DNA from: Bdellovibrionales bacterium
Lineage (GTDB): Bacteria; Bdellovibrionota; Bdellovibrionia; Bdellovibrionales; UBA1609
Reading direction: 5' to 3'
NCBI GenBank assembly: GCA_041690295.1
Contig: JAWLHR010000007.1
Coordinates: 32,001 to 96,000 of the forward strand
DNA length: 64,000 bases
The position numbers and the translations under genes are program-made. Under the pieces are notes generated by a model. It saw nothing but the letters and a program-made list of their open reading frames with translations, was not told the origin of the DNA and did no database searches. Positions 49,274 to 58,273 of the stretch are shown piece by piece (the stretch's first letter is position 1; each line of letters begins with the position of its first letter).

Positions 49274-49681
49274 TTACTGATCGGAAGTGATATCGGCCGC
49301 GTCGCCCGTTCCGCCTTCACGTCTGTCGGAACCCAAGCTCTTAAGAATGTAAGTGTTCCCTGTCGATTCATAAATGAAGTCATTGCCCCAGGGATCTTTA
49401 TTCACTTTTTTAATGTAGGGATCGGGACCCCAGTTGGAGCAACTGGAAGGAGCCGTGACTAAGGCTTCCAAACCTTCTTCGGTGCTCGGGTAGCCGTTGC
49501 AGTCAGTGAAGTACAGATCCAACGCCTTTCCGTACTCGGCGATCTGAATTTTCGCCTGACGGATTTTAGCCGATTTCAATCGGCCGGTGACTTGTCCAGC
49601 CAAAATCACGATCAAACCTCCCAGGATCACGAGAACGATCATGATTTCCAACAGCGTCATACCTTTATTGTTACGGATCAT
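49274..49681 (-). CDS. gspG: Type II secretion major pseudopilin GspG
   Basis: G|MTLLEIMIV, YPSTEEGLEAL, DPWG and SLGSD..GG motifs. Confidence 0.96.
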   Translation of the reverse strand: MIRNNKGMTLLEIMIVLVILGGLIVILAGQVTGRLKSAKIRQAKIQIAEYGKALDLYFTDCNGYPSTEEGLEALVTAPSSCSNWGPDPYIKKVNKDPWGNDFIYESTGNTYILKSLGSDRREGGTGDAADITSDQ

Positions 49682-49714
49682 GGATACTCCTTTAAATTTC
49701 CAAAAATTTTTAAA

Positions 49715-50935
49715 CTATCCACCCAAGCTCGACAATTGAATCATCGGAATCATAATCGCAAAAACAATGATCCCGATAACGCAACCCATCACTACAATCA
49801 TGATCGGTTCGAGCAGCGAGGTCAATCCATCAATCGCAGTTTTAACTTGGAAGTCATAGCTATCACTCACTTGCAAAAGCATGTTTTCCAACTCGCCAGT
49901 TTTTTCTCCGATGTTAATCATGTGAATCACGATCGGAGGAAACTGTCCCGATTTTTTCAACGGCCCCGCGATGGATTCACCCTCGGAAATATTATCTCGG
50001 GCCAAATCAATCGCCTTACCGATAACTTCGTTATCTACCACATTGCGCACGATCGTCATAGCGGAGAGCATGGGCACACCGCCCGTCAGCAAGGTGGATA
50101 ATGTACGAGTGAAGCGGCTGACGGCCACTGTACGGCTGATTTTGCCTAAAACGGGAATTTTGAGAAAAATCGCGTCCCACTGCGCCCGTCCCGCCGGTGT
50201 GGCTTTCCAGTTTCTAAATAAGAGCCACGTCAGAAAACCAAAACCAATTAAGATATGCCAGTAATTCACCAAAAATCCGCTGATGTCGATAATAACGACG
50301 GTGTACCACGGCAATTTCAACTCAGGGGAGGACTCAAACACCGTCACCATGCGCGGAATCACGTAAATAAACAAAACCGCGAGAAGGATCATGGTGAAGA
50401 CCAACATGATGATCGGGTAGAGGAGCGCCGAACGCACTTTCGCGGTCAATGCGGTTTGCGCCTCTTTGAATTCGGCGAGTCTGATAAGGATGGAATCCAG
50501 CGTCCCCGAAGTTTCGCCCGCCTCACACATGGAAACATAAATGCGGTCGAAAACTTTGGGATACTTGGCCAGCGCTTTGTGAAAAGCGCCGCCTTCATTC
50601 ACCATATTTTTAATGTCCGCCACCACGGCGGCCAAAAACGGGTTATCAACCTGTTCGGAGACCGCGTTCAATGAGTCCACGAGCGGAATATTGGCTTTGA
50701 TCAAGGTGGCCAGCTGGCGGGTCATCATCGATAATTCGCTGACACTGACGCCTCTGTTCGAGCCGCGCCGCCGCCCATCCACTTTTTTGGCGGAGCGGGA
50801 TTTGTCTCTCAGGTCGGTGACGTAAATTCCGTCTTTTTTCAGTTTCAGCTTGGCGGCGCGCTGGTTGTCCGCGTCCACCATGCCTCTGACATTGCGACCG
50901 TCTTTGTTCAATCCGCGATATTCGTAAACCGGCAT
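49715..50935 (-). CDS. gspF: Type II secretion inner-membrane protein GspF
   Basis: RQLATL, GETSG, YP, GEKTGEL and LEP motifs. Confidence 0.96.
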   Translation of the reverse strand: MPVYEYRGLNKDGRNVRGMVDADNQRAAKLKLKKDGIYVTDLRDKSRSAKKVDGRRRGSNRGVSVSELSMMTRQLATLIKANIPLVDSLNAVSEQVDNPFLAAVVADIKNMVNEGGAFHKALAKYPKVFDRIYVSMCEAGETSGTLDSILIRLAEFKEAQTALTAKVRSALLYPIIMLVFTMILLAVLFIYVIPRMVTVFESSPELKLPWYTVVIIDISGFLVNYWHILIGFGFLTWLLFRNWKATPAGRAQWDAIFLKIPVLGKISRTVAVSRFTRTLSTLLTGGVPMLSAMTIVRNVVDNEVIGKAIDLARDNISEGESIAGPLKKSGQFPPIVIHMINIGEKTGELENMLLQVSDSYDFQVKTAIDGLTSLLEPIMIVVMGCVIGIIVFAIMIPMIQLSSLGG

Positions 50936-52620
50936 TACAGATCCAGTTGCGTGTTGGTGAGAACTTCTTCGATGGTTGTGACGCCATCGAGGACCTTCTG
51001 AATTCCGTGCTCACGGAATGTGATCATCCCTTGACGGATCGCCTCATTCTTGATGGTCGCCCCGTCTTTCCGTTGCATGATCAGGCTGCGAATGTTGTCG
51101 TTCACCATCATGAGTTCCTGAATGACCGTCCGGCCGATATAACCCTTTTGATTGCAATGATTGCAGCCGACGGCGCGATGAATGTTCGCGTCACGCACTC
51201 TTTCCCGAGTGAGTTCCAACGATCTCAACTCCACATCGGTGGGCGTGTAGGGTTCCTTGCAATGGGGACAAAGCACCCGCACCAAACGTTGGGCGCCGAC
51301 GGCGATGAGGGATGTGGCGATCAAAAACGGCTCGCAACCCATATCGATCAAGCGGGGAAAAGCGCCGGCCGAGTCGTTGGTGTGCAGCGTGGAGAGCACC
51401 AAGTGACCGGTCAGAGAGGCATTGATCGCGATTTCCGCGGTTTCCAAATCCCGAATCTCACCGATCATCACCACGTCAGGGTCTTGACGCAGAATCGAGC
51501 GCAAACCACTGGCGAAGGTCAGACCGATTTTTGAATTCACTTGAATCTGGCCGATCCCGTGAATCCGTTGTTCCACCGGGTCTTCAACGGTGATGATGTT
51601 AATGTCAGGTTTATTGATTTTGCTCAGGGCCGCGTAGAGCGTGGTCGATTTACCGCTACCGGTCGGGCCAGTCACGAGCACGATTCCGTAAGTTTTCTCC
51701 AGAATCGAATCCAGCTTTTTGAGGGAGTCCGGTGAAAAACCCAGTTGTTCCAGCTCCAACACCACATTGGAGCGGTCCTGCAGACGAAGCACCAGGCGCT
51801 CACCAAAGGCCGTGGGAATCGAACTCAAACGGACATCGATATCCTTGCCGGCCAGTTTTAGCGGAATCCGTCCGTCCTGGGGCAAGCGTTTTTCCGCGAT
51901 ATTCAGATTGCCCATGACCTTGATACGGGACGTGATGGCATTTTGCAGTTTTTTGGGCGGTTTAAATATATCAAAGAGAACACCGTCGATACGGAAGCGG
52001 ACCACCATATCGCGTTCATAGGGCTCGATGTGAATATCCGAGGCCTTTTCTTTCACGGCACGAAAGAGCAACGTGTTCACCAATTTGATCACGGGTGCGT
52101 CATCGTCGCCGGATTCCAAAAGGTCGATCACCGGATCGTCGAGATCCACTTCCTCACTATCGATGTCATCAAGGCCTTCCAGGGCCGCCGTGCTTTTTTC
52201 GTAAACCCGGTTAATGGCATCTTGAATACGGCTCGACGTCGTGGCCAAAGGATGAACTCTTTTGCCGAATTTAACCCTTAAATCCTCAAGGGCCTTGTGG
52301 TTGATCGGATTCGTGGTCAAAACCACGACTTTGTCGCTTTCCTCTTTGAAAGGAAGCACTTCCTGGCTTTTGGCGTAATTGATCGGGATGCCGCGAACGA
52401 GATCGACGGGAATGTCATTCACCGGAATGTCCTTGATGAAATCCACTCCGAGATGCTTGCACAGCTCCGCCATGGCCTCTTCCGGCGTGTTAAAATTGAT
52501 TTTGTTCAGGACATCGGAATAAAGCTGCCCCTTGGGCGTCGTGGAGCGCATTAAAGTGGCGAGCTGATCATCAGTGATGCTCGTCCCTTTTTTTATAAGT
52601 GTTTCAAATGCTGCGGCCAT
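50935..52620 (-). CDS. gspE: Type II secretion ATPase GspE
   Basis: ASDIHIEP, GPTGSGKST, LRQDPD and CPHC/CNHC zinc motif. Confidence 0.97.
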   Translation of the reverse strand: MAAAFETLIKKGTSITDDQLATLMRSTTPKGQLYSDVLNKINFNTPEEAMAELCKHLGVDFIKDIPVNDIPVDLVRGIPINYAKSQEVLPFKEESDKVVVLTTNPINHKALEDLRVKFGKRVHPLATTSSRIQDAINRVYEKSTAALEGLDDIDSEEVDLDDPVIDLLESGDDDAPVIKLVNTLLFRAVKEKASDIHIEPYERDMVVRFRIDGVLFDIFKPPKKLQNAITSRIKVMGNLNIAEKRLPQDGRIPLKLAGKDIDVRLSSIPTAFGERLVLRLQDRSNVVLELEQLGFSPDSLKKLDSILEKTYGIVLVTGPTGSGKSTTLYAALSKINKPDINIITVEDPVEQRIHGIGQIQVNSKIGLTFASGLRSILRQDPDVVMIGEIRDLETAEIAINASLTGHLVLSTLHTNDSAGAFPRLIDMGCEPFLIATSLIAVGAQRLVRVLCPHCKEPYTPTDVELRSLELTRERVRDANIHRAVGCNHCNQKGYIGRTVIQELMMVNDNIRSLIMQRKDGATIKNEAIRQGMITFREHGIQKVLDGVTTIEEVLTNTQLDL

Positions 52621-52635
52621 CCTTAGAGCCGCAGT

Positions 52636-52923
52636 CTAATCTGTTTTTTGGATTTTGTCTTTAGGAATTACGGTTAAGTGGTTTTTGCGACGAATTCCGT
52701 CCTCACACTCGGGACAACCGCGATAGGTGAAGCCCGCTTCGGTGAGTTCGTCGTCAAGTTCAACGTAATTGTACTCCACGGTCTCCACCGACGCCGGGCC
52801 CCGTGTGGCTCGGGATTGTTTAAACATCGTGCTTTCCGCCGCCGAGGGGGAGAGAGTCTCCGCCTCGAGCTGGGGAAATGTGAACATTAAAAGAAAAATC
52901 AAACCGGCCATGGATTTCCTCAA
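52636..52923 (-). CDS. Small exported protein inside the gsp operon
   Basis: TTG start overlapping the gspD stop, signal peptide, RGPAS and CPEC; fills the gspD-gspE gap. Confidence 0.6.
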   Translation of the reverse strand: MRKSMAGLIFLLMFTFPQLEAETLSPSAAESTMFKQSRATRGPASVETVEYNYVELDDELTEAGFTYRGCPECEDGIRRKNHLTVIPKDKIQKTD

Positions 52924-55103
52924 AACGTTTCAATCGCGGGCTCTTCGGCGTCCATCGGCGGCGCGCTCAAACTGGATTTTTGTCGAGGTAGCGCGTCTAT
53001 GTATTTGCCGTGCGGATCCCGCCCGTTCATGTTCTGTTGAATGAATTCAATCCGTTCGTTGATCTTTTCATCCACCAAAGCCGTGTTCTGCGCCGGATTG
53101 CGCACGATTTTGGGAGTGATAAAGACCACGAGATTGGTTTTCGTGCGTGACGTGCTCTTGGACTTAAAGAGCCATCCGATCAGCGGAATATCGCCGAGAA
53201 TGGGCACTTTTTTAACCGTTTCACGGTCATCGTCCTTCATCAATCCGCCGAGCACCGCCGTATCGCCGCTGTTGACTACGATTTGAGTTTCAATTTTACG
53301 GGTGGATGTGGCGATCGATGTTTTGGCCAGCTCGGACGCCTTGATGTCCACATCCTGAAGATCGTTGACTTCTTGATTGATCTTCATTTGCACCGTGTCG
53401 GTATCCGGCGAGATGTACGGGGTGATTTCCAATTTGGTGGTCACGTTTTCCCGTTCCACGTTGTTGGTGGTGATACCGGCTGTCGTGGTGCCTTGATTCA
53501 AGGACACCGGAACCCGCGCACCGACTTCGATCATGGATTTCTCATTATCCAGCGCCATGATTTGCGGCGTGGACAAAATGTTGGCATTGGACGTCGATTT
53601 CAGCAGGTTGATCATGCCCGCGAGACTGGTCACTTTGAACGTTCCCACCGCGGGAATTTCGATGTCCATCACGCCGCCGGAACCGAATCCGAGAATGGCG
53701 CCTTGATCGTTATTCGGGTTGGTCAGGGAAGTGAGATCCTGCGATGAGCGGAAACCAATACGGCCGATACCGTTCGTGTCGGCAGCGAATTTGTAGTAAT
53801 CCACGCCCCACGAGGTGGTGTTGACCGCGTTCATTTCCATGATGATGGTCTTGATGAACACCTGATCCCGCGGAATATCGATTTTTTGCAGCAGGTTTTT
53901 AATGGTTTCATAATCCTGCTTGCTGGCGACAATAATCAGACTGTTGGTGTTCTTGTCGGCCGAGATTTTCACGTCGCTACCGAAGATCGCGGTCGGCGCG
54001 GGGCCCACTTGCACCTGGCCCGCGGGGCCGCCGATGATCGGCGCGGTTTTCGCCTGGGTGGCTTGTTCCTGGGCTTTGCGTGACTCCGAAGCGATGCCGT
54101 TTAAAACATTGGCGATGGTTTCCGCTTCGCCATGGCGGAGATAGTAGACGAAAAATCCGCCTTGTTCGTCAGGGCGCATGGGATAATCCAGGCGGCTGAT
54201 GAGGCGTCGGATTTTTTCGATCCCGGCTTTGTTACCAACCACGATGATCGAATTGGTGCGCTCGTCGGGAACAACCAGGCTGTAGACTTCGGCTCCCGAA
54301 CCGCCACCCGTATCCGGCTGGCCGGCGGGGCGAAAGCGAGGCACGCCGCCGAACTGGGTTTTCTTTTCACCTTTGTTGATGATCTGGTCCACGAGGTCGG
54401 CGATGTCCTTGGCCCGCGCGTAACGCACGCGGATCACTTCCATTTGTTCCTCGAAACCTTGCACGTCCAGTTGCTCGATGATCTTCATGATCCGGTCCAT
54501 GTTGGCGCCGTAATCGGAAATAATCAGCGAGTTGGTGGGCGTGTAGGGGACCAGTTCCCCGTTGGTGGATGTGAGAATTCGAAGCTGTTTGTTCACTTCT
54601 TCGGCGCTGATGTATTTGAGCTTCACGATCCGGGTGATCATTTGATCGGCGGTGGGGTAGTAAGGACCGGAAAAGGTGTCGATGTTGTCACGCTGGGCGG
54701 CTCGGGCCTGTTTGATTTTATAAAAACCGTCTCCCGGCACGACCGCCAGTCCGTTAATGGCGAGCGCCGAAAGAAACGCCTTGTACGCCTCGGCCACGGT
54801 GATCCGCGAGGGCGCGATGATCGTGATTTTCCCTCGCACCTGCGGGTCCACGATGAAGTTCTTGCCGGTGAGTTCGGAAATGGCCTTGATCACGTCAGCG
54901 ATATCGGCGTTCGGATAATCGAACGACTCGATCATGTCGGGGAAATTTTCGTTGGTAATGTCCTCGATTCCGGCTTGGGCCATGTCTTTGCCGGTTTTCT
55001 TGGAGACAAAGCCTTCATCTCTCTTGGGAGCCGCGGGCCCTTGCCCGAATGCCGGCGCCGAAATCCCAAAGCCGACCACGATGCCGATCAAGATGCGCTT
55101 CAT
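52920..55103 (-). CDS. gspD: Type II secretion secretin GspD
   Basis: N0-N3 domains (ISELTGKNF, DERTNS) and secretin motifs KVPILGDIPLIGWLF and LVVFITP. Confidence 0.97.
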   Translation of the reverse strand: MKRILIGIVVGFGISAPAFGQGPAAPKRDEGFVSKKTGKDMAQAGIEDITNENFPDMIESFDYPNADIADVIKAISELTGKNFIVDPQVRGKITIIAPSRITVAEAYKAFLSALAINGLAVVPGDGFYKIKQARAAQRDNIDTFSGPYYPTADQMITRIVKLKYISAEEVNKQLRILTSTNGELVPYTPTNSLIISDYGANMDRIMKIIEQLDVQGFEEQMEVIRVRYARAKDIADLVDQIINKGEKKTQFGGVPRFRPAGQPDTGGGSGAEVYSLVVPDERTNSIIVVGNKAGIEKIRRLISRLDYPMRPDEQGGFFVYYLRHGEAETIANVLNGIASESRKAQEQATQAKTAPIIGGPAGQVQVGPAPTAIFGSDVKISADKNTNSLIIVASKQDYETIKNLLQKIDIPRDQVFIKTIIMEMNAVNTTSWGVDYYKFAADTNGIGRIGFRSSQDLTSLTNPNNDQGAILGFGSGGVMDIEIPAVGTFKVTSLAGMINLLKSTSNANILSTPQIMALDNEKSMIEVGARVPVSLNQGTTTAGITTNNVERENVTTKLEITPYISPDTDTVQMKINQEVNDLQDVDIKASELAKTSIATSTRKIETQIVVNSGDTAVLGGLMKDDDRETVKKVPILGDIPLIGWLFKSKSTSRTKTNLVVFITPKIVRNPAQNTALVDEKINERIEFIQQNMNGRDPHGKYIDALPRQKSSLSAPPMDAEEPAIETF

Positions 55104-55141
55104 TCCACCCCTCCTAGGTTACTTTTAACCACGCCGGATTA

Positions 55142-56092
55142 TTATTCCATTACGTTATAATTAAAAATCTCTTCGCGCCCATTTCGTTCGACGACCAGTC
55201 GAATTCGTCCTTCCGATTTCAATGCGTTGTAAAGCTCCATGGCTTTCGTCGGACTGTTCACTTCTTCATCATTCACGCGTTTGATGACGTCCATGGGTTT
55301 AAAACCCAACTTTTCAAAAATGCTTCCCGGTTGGATGGCCACGAAGCGGAATCCGTCCACTCGGCCGCCGCTGCCGGGAACCGTGTTGGGCACCATGCGC
55401 GCCTGCTGCAGAACATTTCCAAGATCGGCGGTGTACTTGTTGATGTCGGCGCGTCTCATGGTGAAATCAAATTCGCCGGTTTTAATCACTTCCTGATTCG
55501 ACTGTTGCGGAAGCTCCTTCATGCCGAAGGTCACCGCGGTGTCTTTGGGGATTTCAATGTACTCAAGGCGGTTGTTGTTGGTGTTTTGGAGAATCACTTT
55601 GCGCCGCTCGATCCGAACCACCCGCGCCATGCCTTCAATGTCCGAGCCGACGGTGTAGGCGCGCGCTTCATTCTTGGTCTTCAGCGTGATGGTGGCCACC
55701 GATCGCTTGGGATTCGAATGCACCATCGTGCCTTCCAGCGTGAGCGGCAATTGCGACGGAACGGCATCACCTTGCGCGAGCATCAAACCGGTTTCACCTT
55801 GACCCGTCAGCTTGGGCGGAATCACGCCATCTTCGTTGAAGATGTTGCGCTCGCGAACCGGATTGTAACGACTGATGTCGATCATCTGGCTCCGCACGGG
55901 ACGCGACGGACGAGAAGGCGGCGGTTCCGTGGGTAACAATGACGGGCGGATATAAAGTGTTCCGAGATCCGCGATCCAGTAACCGATGAACAGCGCGAGT
56001 ATGTAAATATAAAAACTTTCGAATGGCGGACGATTCTTCGGTCCTTTGGGAATTGATGATAAAAAACGTGCGCCGCTCGAGAGAAAACCCAT
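55142..56092 (-). CDS. gspC: Type II secretion protein GspC (HR + PDZ)
   Basis: TM, RNIF, LTLEGT HR domain and C-terminal PDZ. Confidence 0.9.
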   Translation of the reverse strand: MGFLSSGARFLSSIPKGPKNRPPFESFYIYILALFIGYWIADLGTLYIRPSLLPTEPPPSRPSRPVRSQMIDISRYNPVRERNIFNEDGVIPPKLTGQGETGLMLAQGDAVPSQLPLTLEGTMVHSNPKRSVATITLKTKNEARAYTVGSDIEGMARVVRIERRKVILQNTNNNRLEYIEIPKDTAVTFGMKELPQQSNQEVIKTGEFDFTMRRADINKYTADLGNVLQQARMVPNTVPGSGGRVDGFRFVAIQPGSIFEKLGFKPMDVIKRVNDEEVNSPTKAMELYNALKSEGRIRLVVERNGREEIFNYNVME

Positions 56093-56107
56093 TACCTAAG
56101 TTTAGCA
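56093..56107 (-). promoter_or_regulatory. Extended -10 (TGcTAAACT) 6 nt before the gspC ATG
   Basis: TGn-TANNNT-N6-ATG with TTGACG further upstream; no room for an SD. Confidence 0.5.
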
Positions 56108-56216
56108 AATGCCTAGCACAAGTCGTCAATTACAACACCATTGAATCATTTTCATGGACATAAGTCGGGTGACACGTGCGGAAGGTAAGCCAAACGTTGT
56201 TCGCGGCTCAGCGTGA

Positions 56217-56232
56217 AGGCACATTGCTTGCT
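56217..56232 (+). promoter_or_regulatory. sigma54 -24/-12 promoter
   Basis: AGGCACATTGCTTGCT. Confidence 0.6.
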
Positions 56233-56378
56233 TAAGTGTCATTTTGGGTAGGGGGAGAGAAATTCATCGAAATTTCATCTCCATTAAAAATTTCCGTTAG
56301 CGACCGGTCTTTAGGGTGGGTTCTACCTGGCGGCCGCGGCGGTGAATCAGTTTGAGCAAGAGAGCCGGGGGGGGTCTT

Positions 56379-57089
56379 ATGCGGGAAGCTTTGGTCTTTA
56401 ATGCGACCAGCAACCTTGATTTTCACGATGTTCGTTCCCATGTCGTTCGTATTCCCGAGGTGATTGATCGCATTCGCCAAGCGCAAAAGATTTGGGACGA
56501 AATTTCCGATGCGCCGTTTGATTTGGCCACTTTTGTCTCAGCCGATGACAATCTTTTTCTCAGTCACATCCGTTTGAAAAGTTTCGCCGCGGCGATCGTG
56601 CAAGTGGGATTGACGGACAGGTATTTGCGACGCCACCACCGGCCGGATTTCATCGTGGGGGCGATGAACGGCGACACCGCGGTGAAAGTGGCCACCGGTG
56701 AGATTTCCTTTGAAGACATGGTGCGAACCAGTTCGTCGCTGAGCCATATTTATTCCCGGCACTCAAAACCTGTCATGTCGTCGATTGAAACGCCGGTTCT
56801 GGCGGGCATTCAGCTCGTGGAATTCGCGGCTTATCAAAAATCCGAGCGCGGTTATGAGCGAATTCCCATGGCTTCACGTGAGCTAGAGAAAATGGTCGCG
56901 GATCTGGTCGAGACCAAAGATGTCGAACGCGTGATCACCATCGGGCCGGGACATTCCCTCTTCAGTCGGCAGTTGCGGGAACTGACGGGACGAGATGTGC
57001 AGATGCTTGAGAGCATCGAACTTGATCCCATGCTTTATTGGTTTTGGTCCATGGTTCAGGACGACCGTGGAACCGCGATCGCGAATTAA
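56379..57089 (+). CDS. FabD/malonyl-CoA:ACP transacylase-like protein, catalytically degenerate
   Basis: ALVF start; RPDFIVGAMNG in place of GHSLG; GEISFED and TIGPGHSL. Confidence 0.65.
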   Translation: MREALVFNATSNLDFHDVRSHVVRIPEVIDRIRQAQKIWDEISDAPFDLATFVSADDNLFLSHIRLKSFAAAIVQVGLTDRYLRRHHRPDFIVGAMNGDTAVKVATGEISFEDMVRTSSSLSHIYSRHSKPVMSSIETPVLAGIQLVEFAAYQKSERGYERIPMASRELEKMVADLVETKDVERVITIGPGHSLFSRQLRELTGRDVQMLESIELDPMLYWFWSMVQDDRGTAIAN

Positions 57090-57095
57090 GACCGG

Positions 57096-57111
57096 CGGCA
57101 TAGGGATTGCT
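57096..57111 (+). promoter_or_regulatory. sigma54 -24/-12 promoter
   Basis: CGGCATAGGGATTGCT ending 14 nt before the CBS ATG. Confidence 0.6.
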
Positions 57112-57125
57112 ACCTCCAGACGTTC

Positions 57126-57584
57126 ATGAAACTCTACGAAATCATGACCACCAAAGTCGTTACGATTGAATCCAGTGAACCGGCGGAAGAAGCCTGGGCG
57201 CGAATGCGGGAGCATCGCATTCGTCATTTGGTTGTCACGGAAAACGGGCGCTTAGTGGGCATGGTTTCCGATCGTGACCTCGGCGGTAAGAACGGCAAAG
57301 ATGTGCGCCGCAACCGGAGCGTGGGAGACCTGATGATCTCCAACGTGGTGACGGCGGATCCCGAGATGACCTTACGTGAAGCCGTGAATTTGATGAGAGG
57401 AAGTTTGATCGGCAGTTTGCCGGTCGAAGACGACGGGAAAATCGTCGGCATTGTCACCGCCACGGATGTGTTGAACGAACTCGGACGCGGTGTGACTCGA
57501 CAACTTCTCCGCACACAACGGCACACGTTGCGTGCGCCGCCGAGCGACAGACGAGCTCAACCGCGGGGTCGTCTCCGCGGTTAG
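57126..57584 (+). CDS. CBS-pair domain protein
   Basis: IRHLVV..LVGMVSDRD and LPV..IVGIVTATD. Confidence 0.92.
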   Translation: MKLYEIMTTKVVTIESSEPAEEAWARMREHRIRHLVVTENGRLVGMVSDRDLGGKNGKDVRRNRSVGDLMISNVVTADPEMTLREAVNLMRGSLIGSLPVEDDGKIVGIVTATDVLNELGRGVTRQLLRTQRHTLRAPPSDRRAQPRGRLRG

Positions 57585-57603
57585 CCGGGGAAAATTGCCA
57601 CCA

Positions 57604-58176
57604 TCAGCCTTTCTGCCATTGGACATCGTCCAGGCCGGCCGCATGGTTCAGTTTTCGGGCGAGCACAAAGAACCAGTCACTCAGTCGGTTCAGAAACACG
57701 ATCGCATCGTCATAATTGGTCTGACTTTCCAGTCCCGCCAGTTTCACCGCTTCTCGTTCGGCCCGACGGCAAATCGTGCGCGCCAAATGGGAGAACGAGG
57801 CCGCCACCGTGCCGCCCGGTAAGATGAAATTTCTCAGTTGCGGGAGTTCCTGATCCCACTGGTCCATGTCTTTTTCCAGTTCTTGGACAAGACTGTGATC
57901 GGGCCGTGGCAATTGGGCCAAAAGATTTGAATCTTCACAAGCCAACCGGCTTCCCAGATTGAAAAGATTATTTTGGATCCGGGTCAGGCGCTCCGCGATT
58001 CGAACTTGGAGTTCCGGCGCCGAGTCGGTCCTCAAATACGCCGCGAGAACCCCGATGGCGCTGTTCAATTCGTCGACCGTTCCGTAAACGTCCAAGCGGG
58101 GATGACTTTTCGCGATCCGTTTCCCGCCCACGAGCGACGTCTGACCTTTATCGCCCGCTTTGGTGTAAATTTTCAT
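57604..58176 (-). CDS. PduO-type cob(I)alamin adenosyltransferase
   Basis: MKIYTKAGDKG, YGTVDELNS, FILPGG, RRAER and LNRLSD motifs. Confidence 0.95.
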   Translation of the reverse strand: MKIYTKAGDKGQTSLVGGKRIAKSHPRLDVYGTVDELNSAIGVLAAYLRTDSAPELQVRIAERLTRIQNNLFNLGSRLACEDSNLLAQLPRPDHSLVQELEKDMDQWDQELPQLRNFILPGGTVAASFSHLARTICRRAEREAVKLAGLESQTNYDDAIVFLNRLSDWFFVLARKLNHAAGLDDVQWQKG

Positions 58177-58273
58177 TCGCACTTCCTCCCGTGTGAATCC
58201 ATCATGACGCGCACACACGCCTTGTCATTCCCGCTAGGATATCTCATGATAGTCGCCTGCAGGAATCATAATA

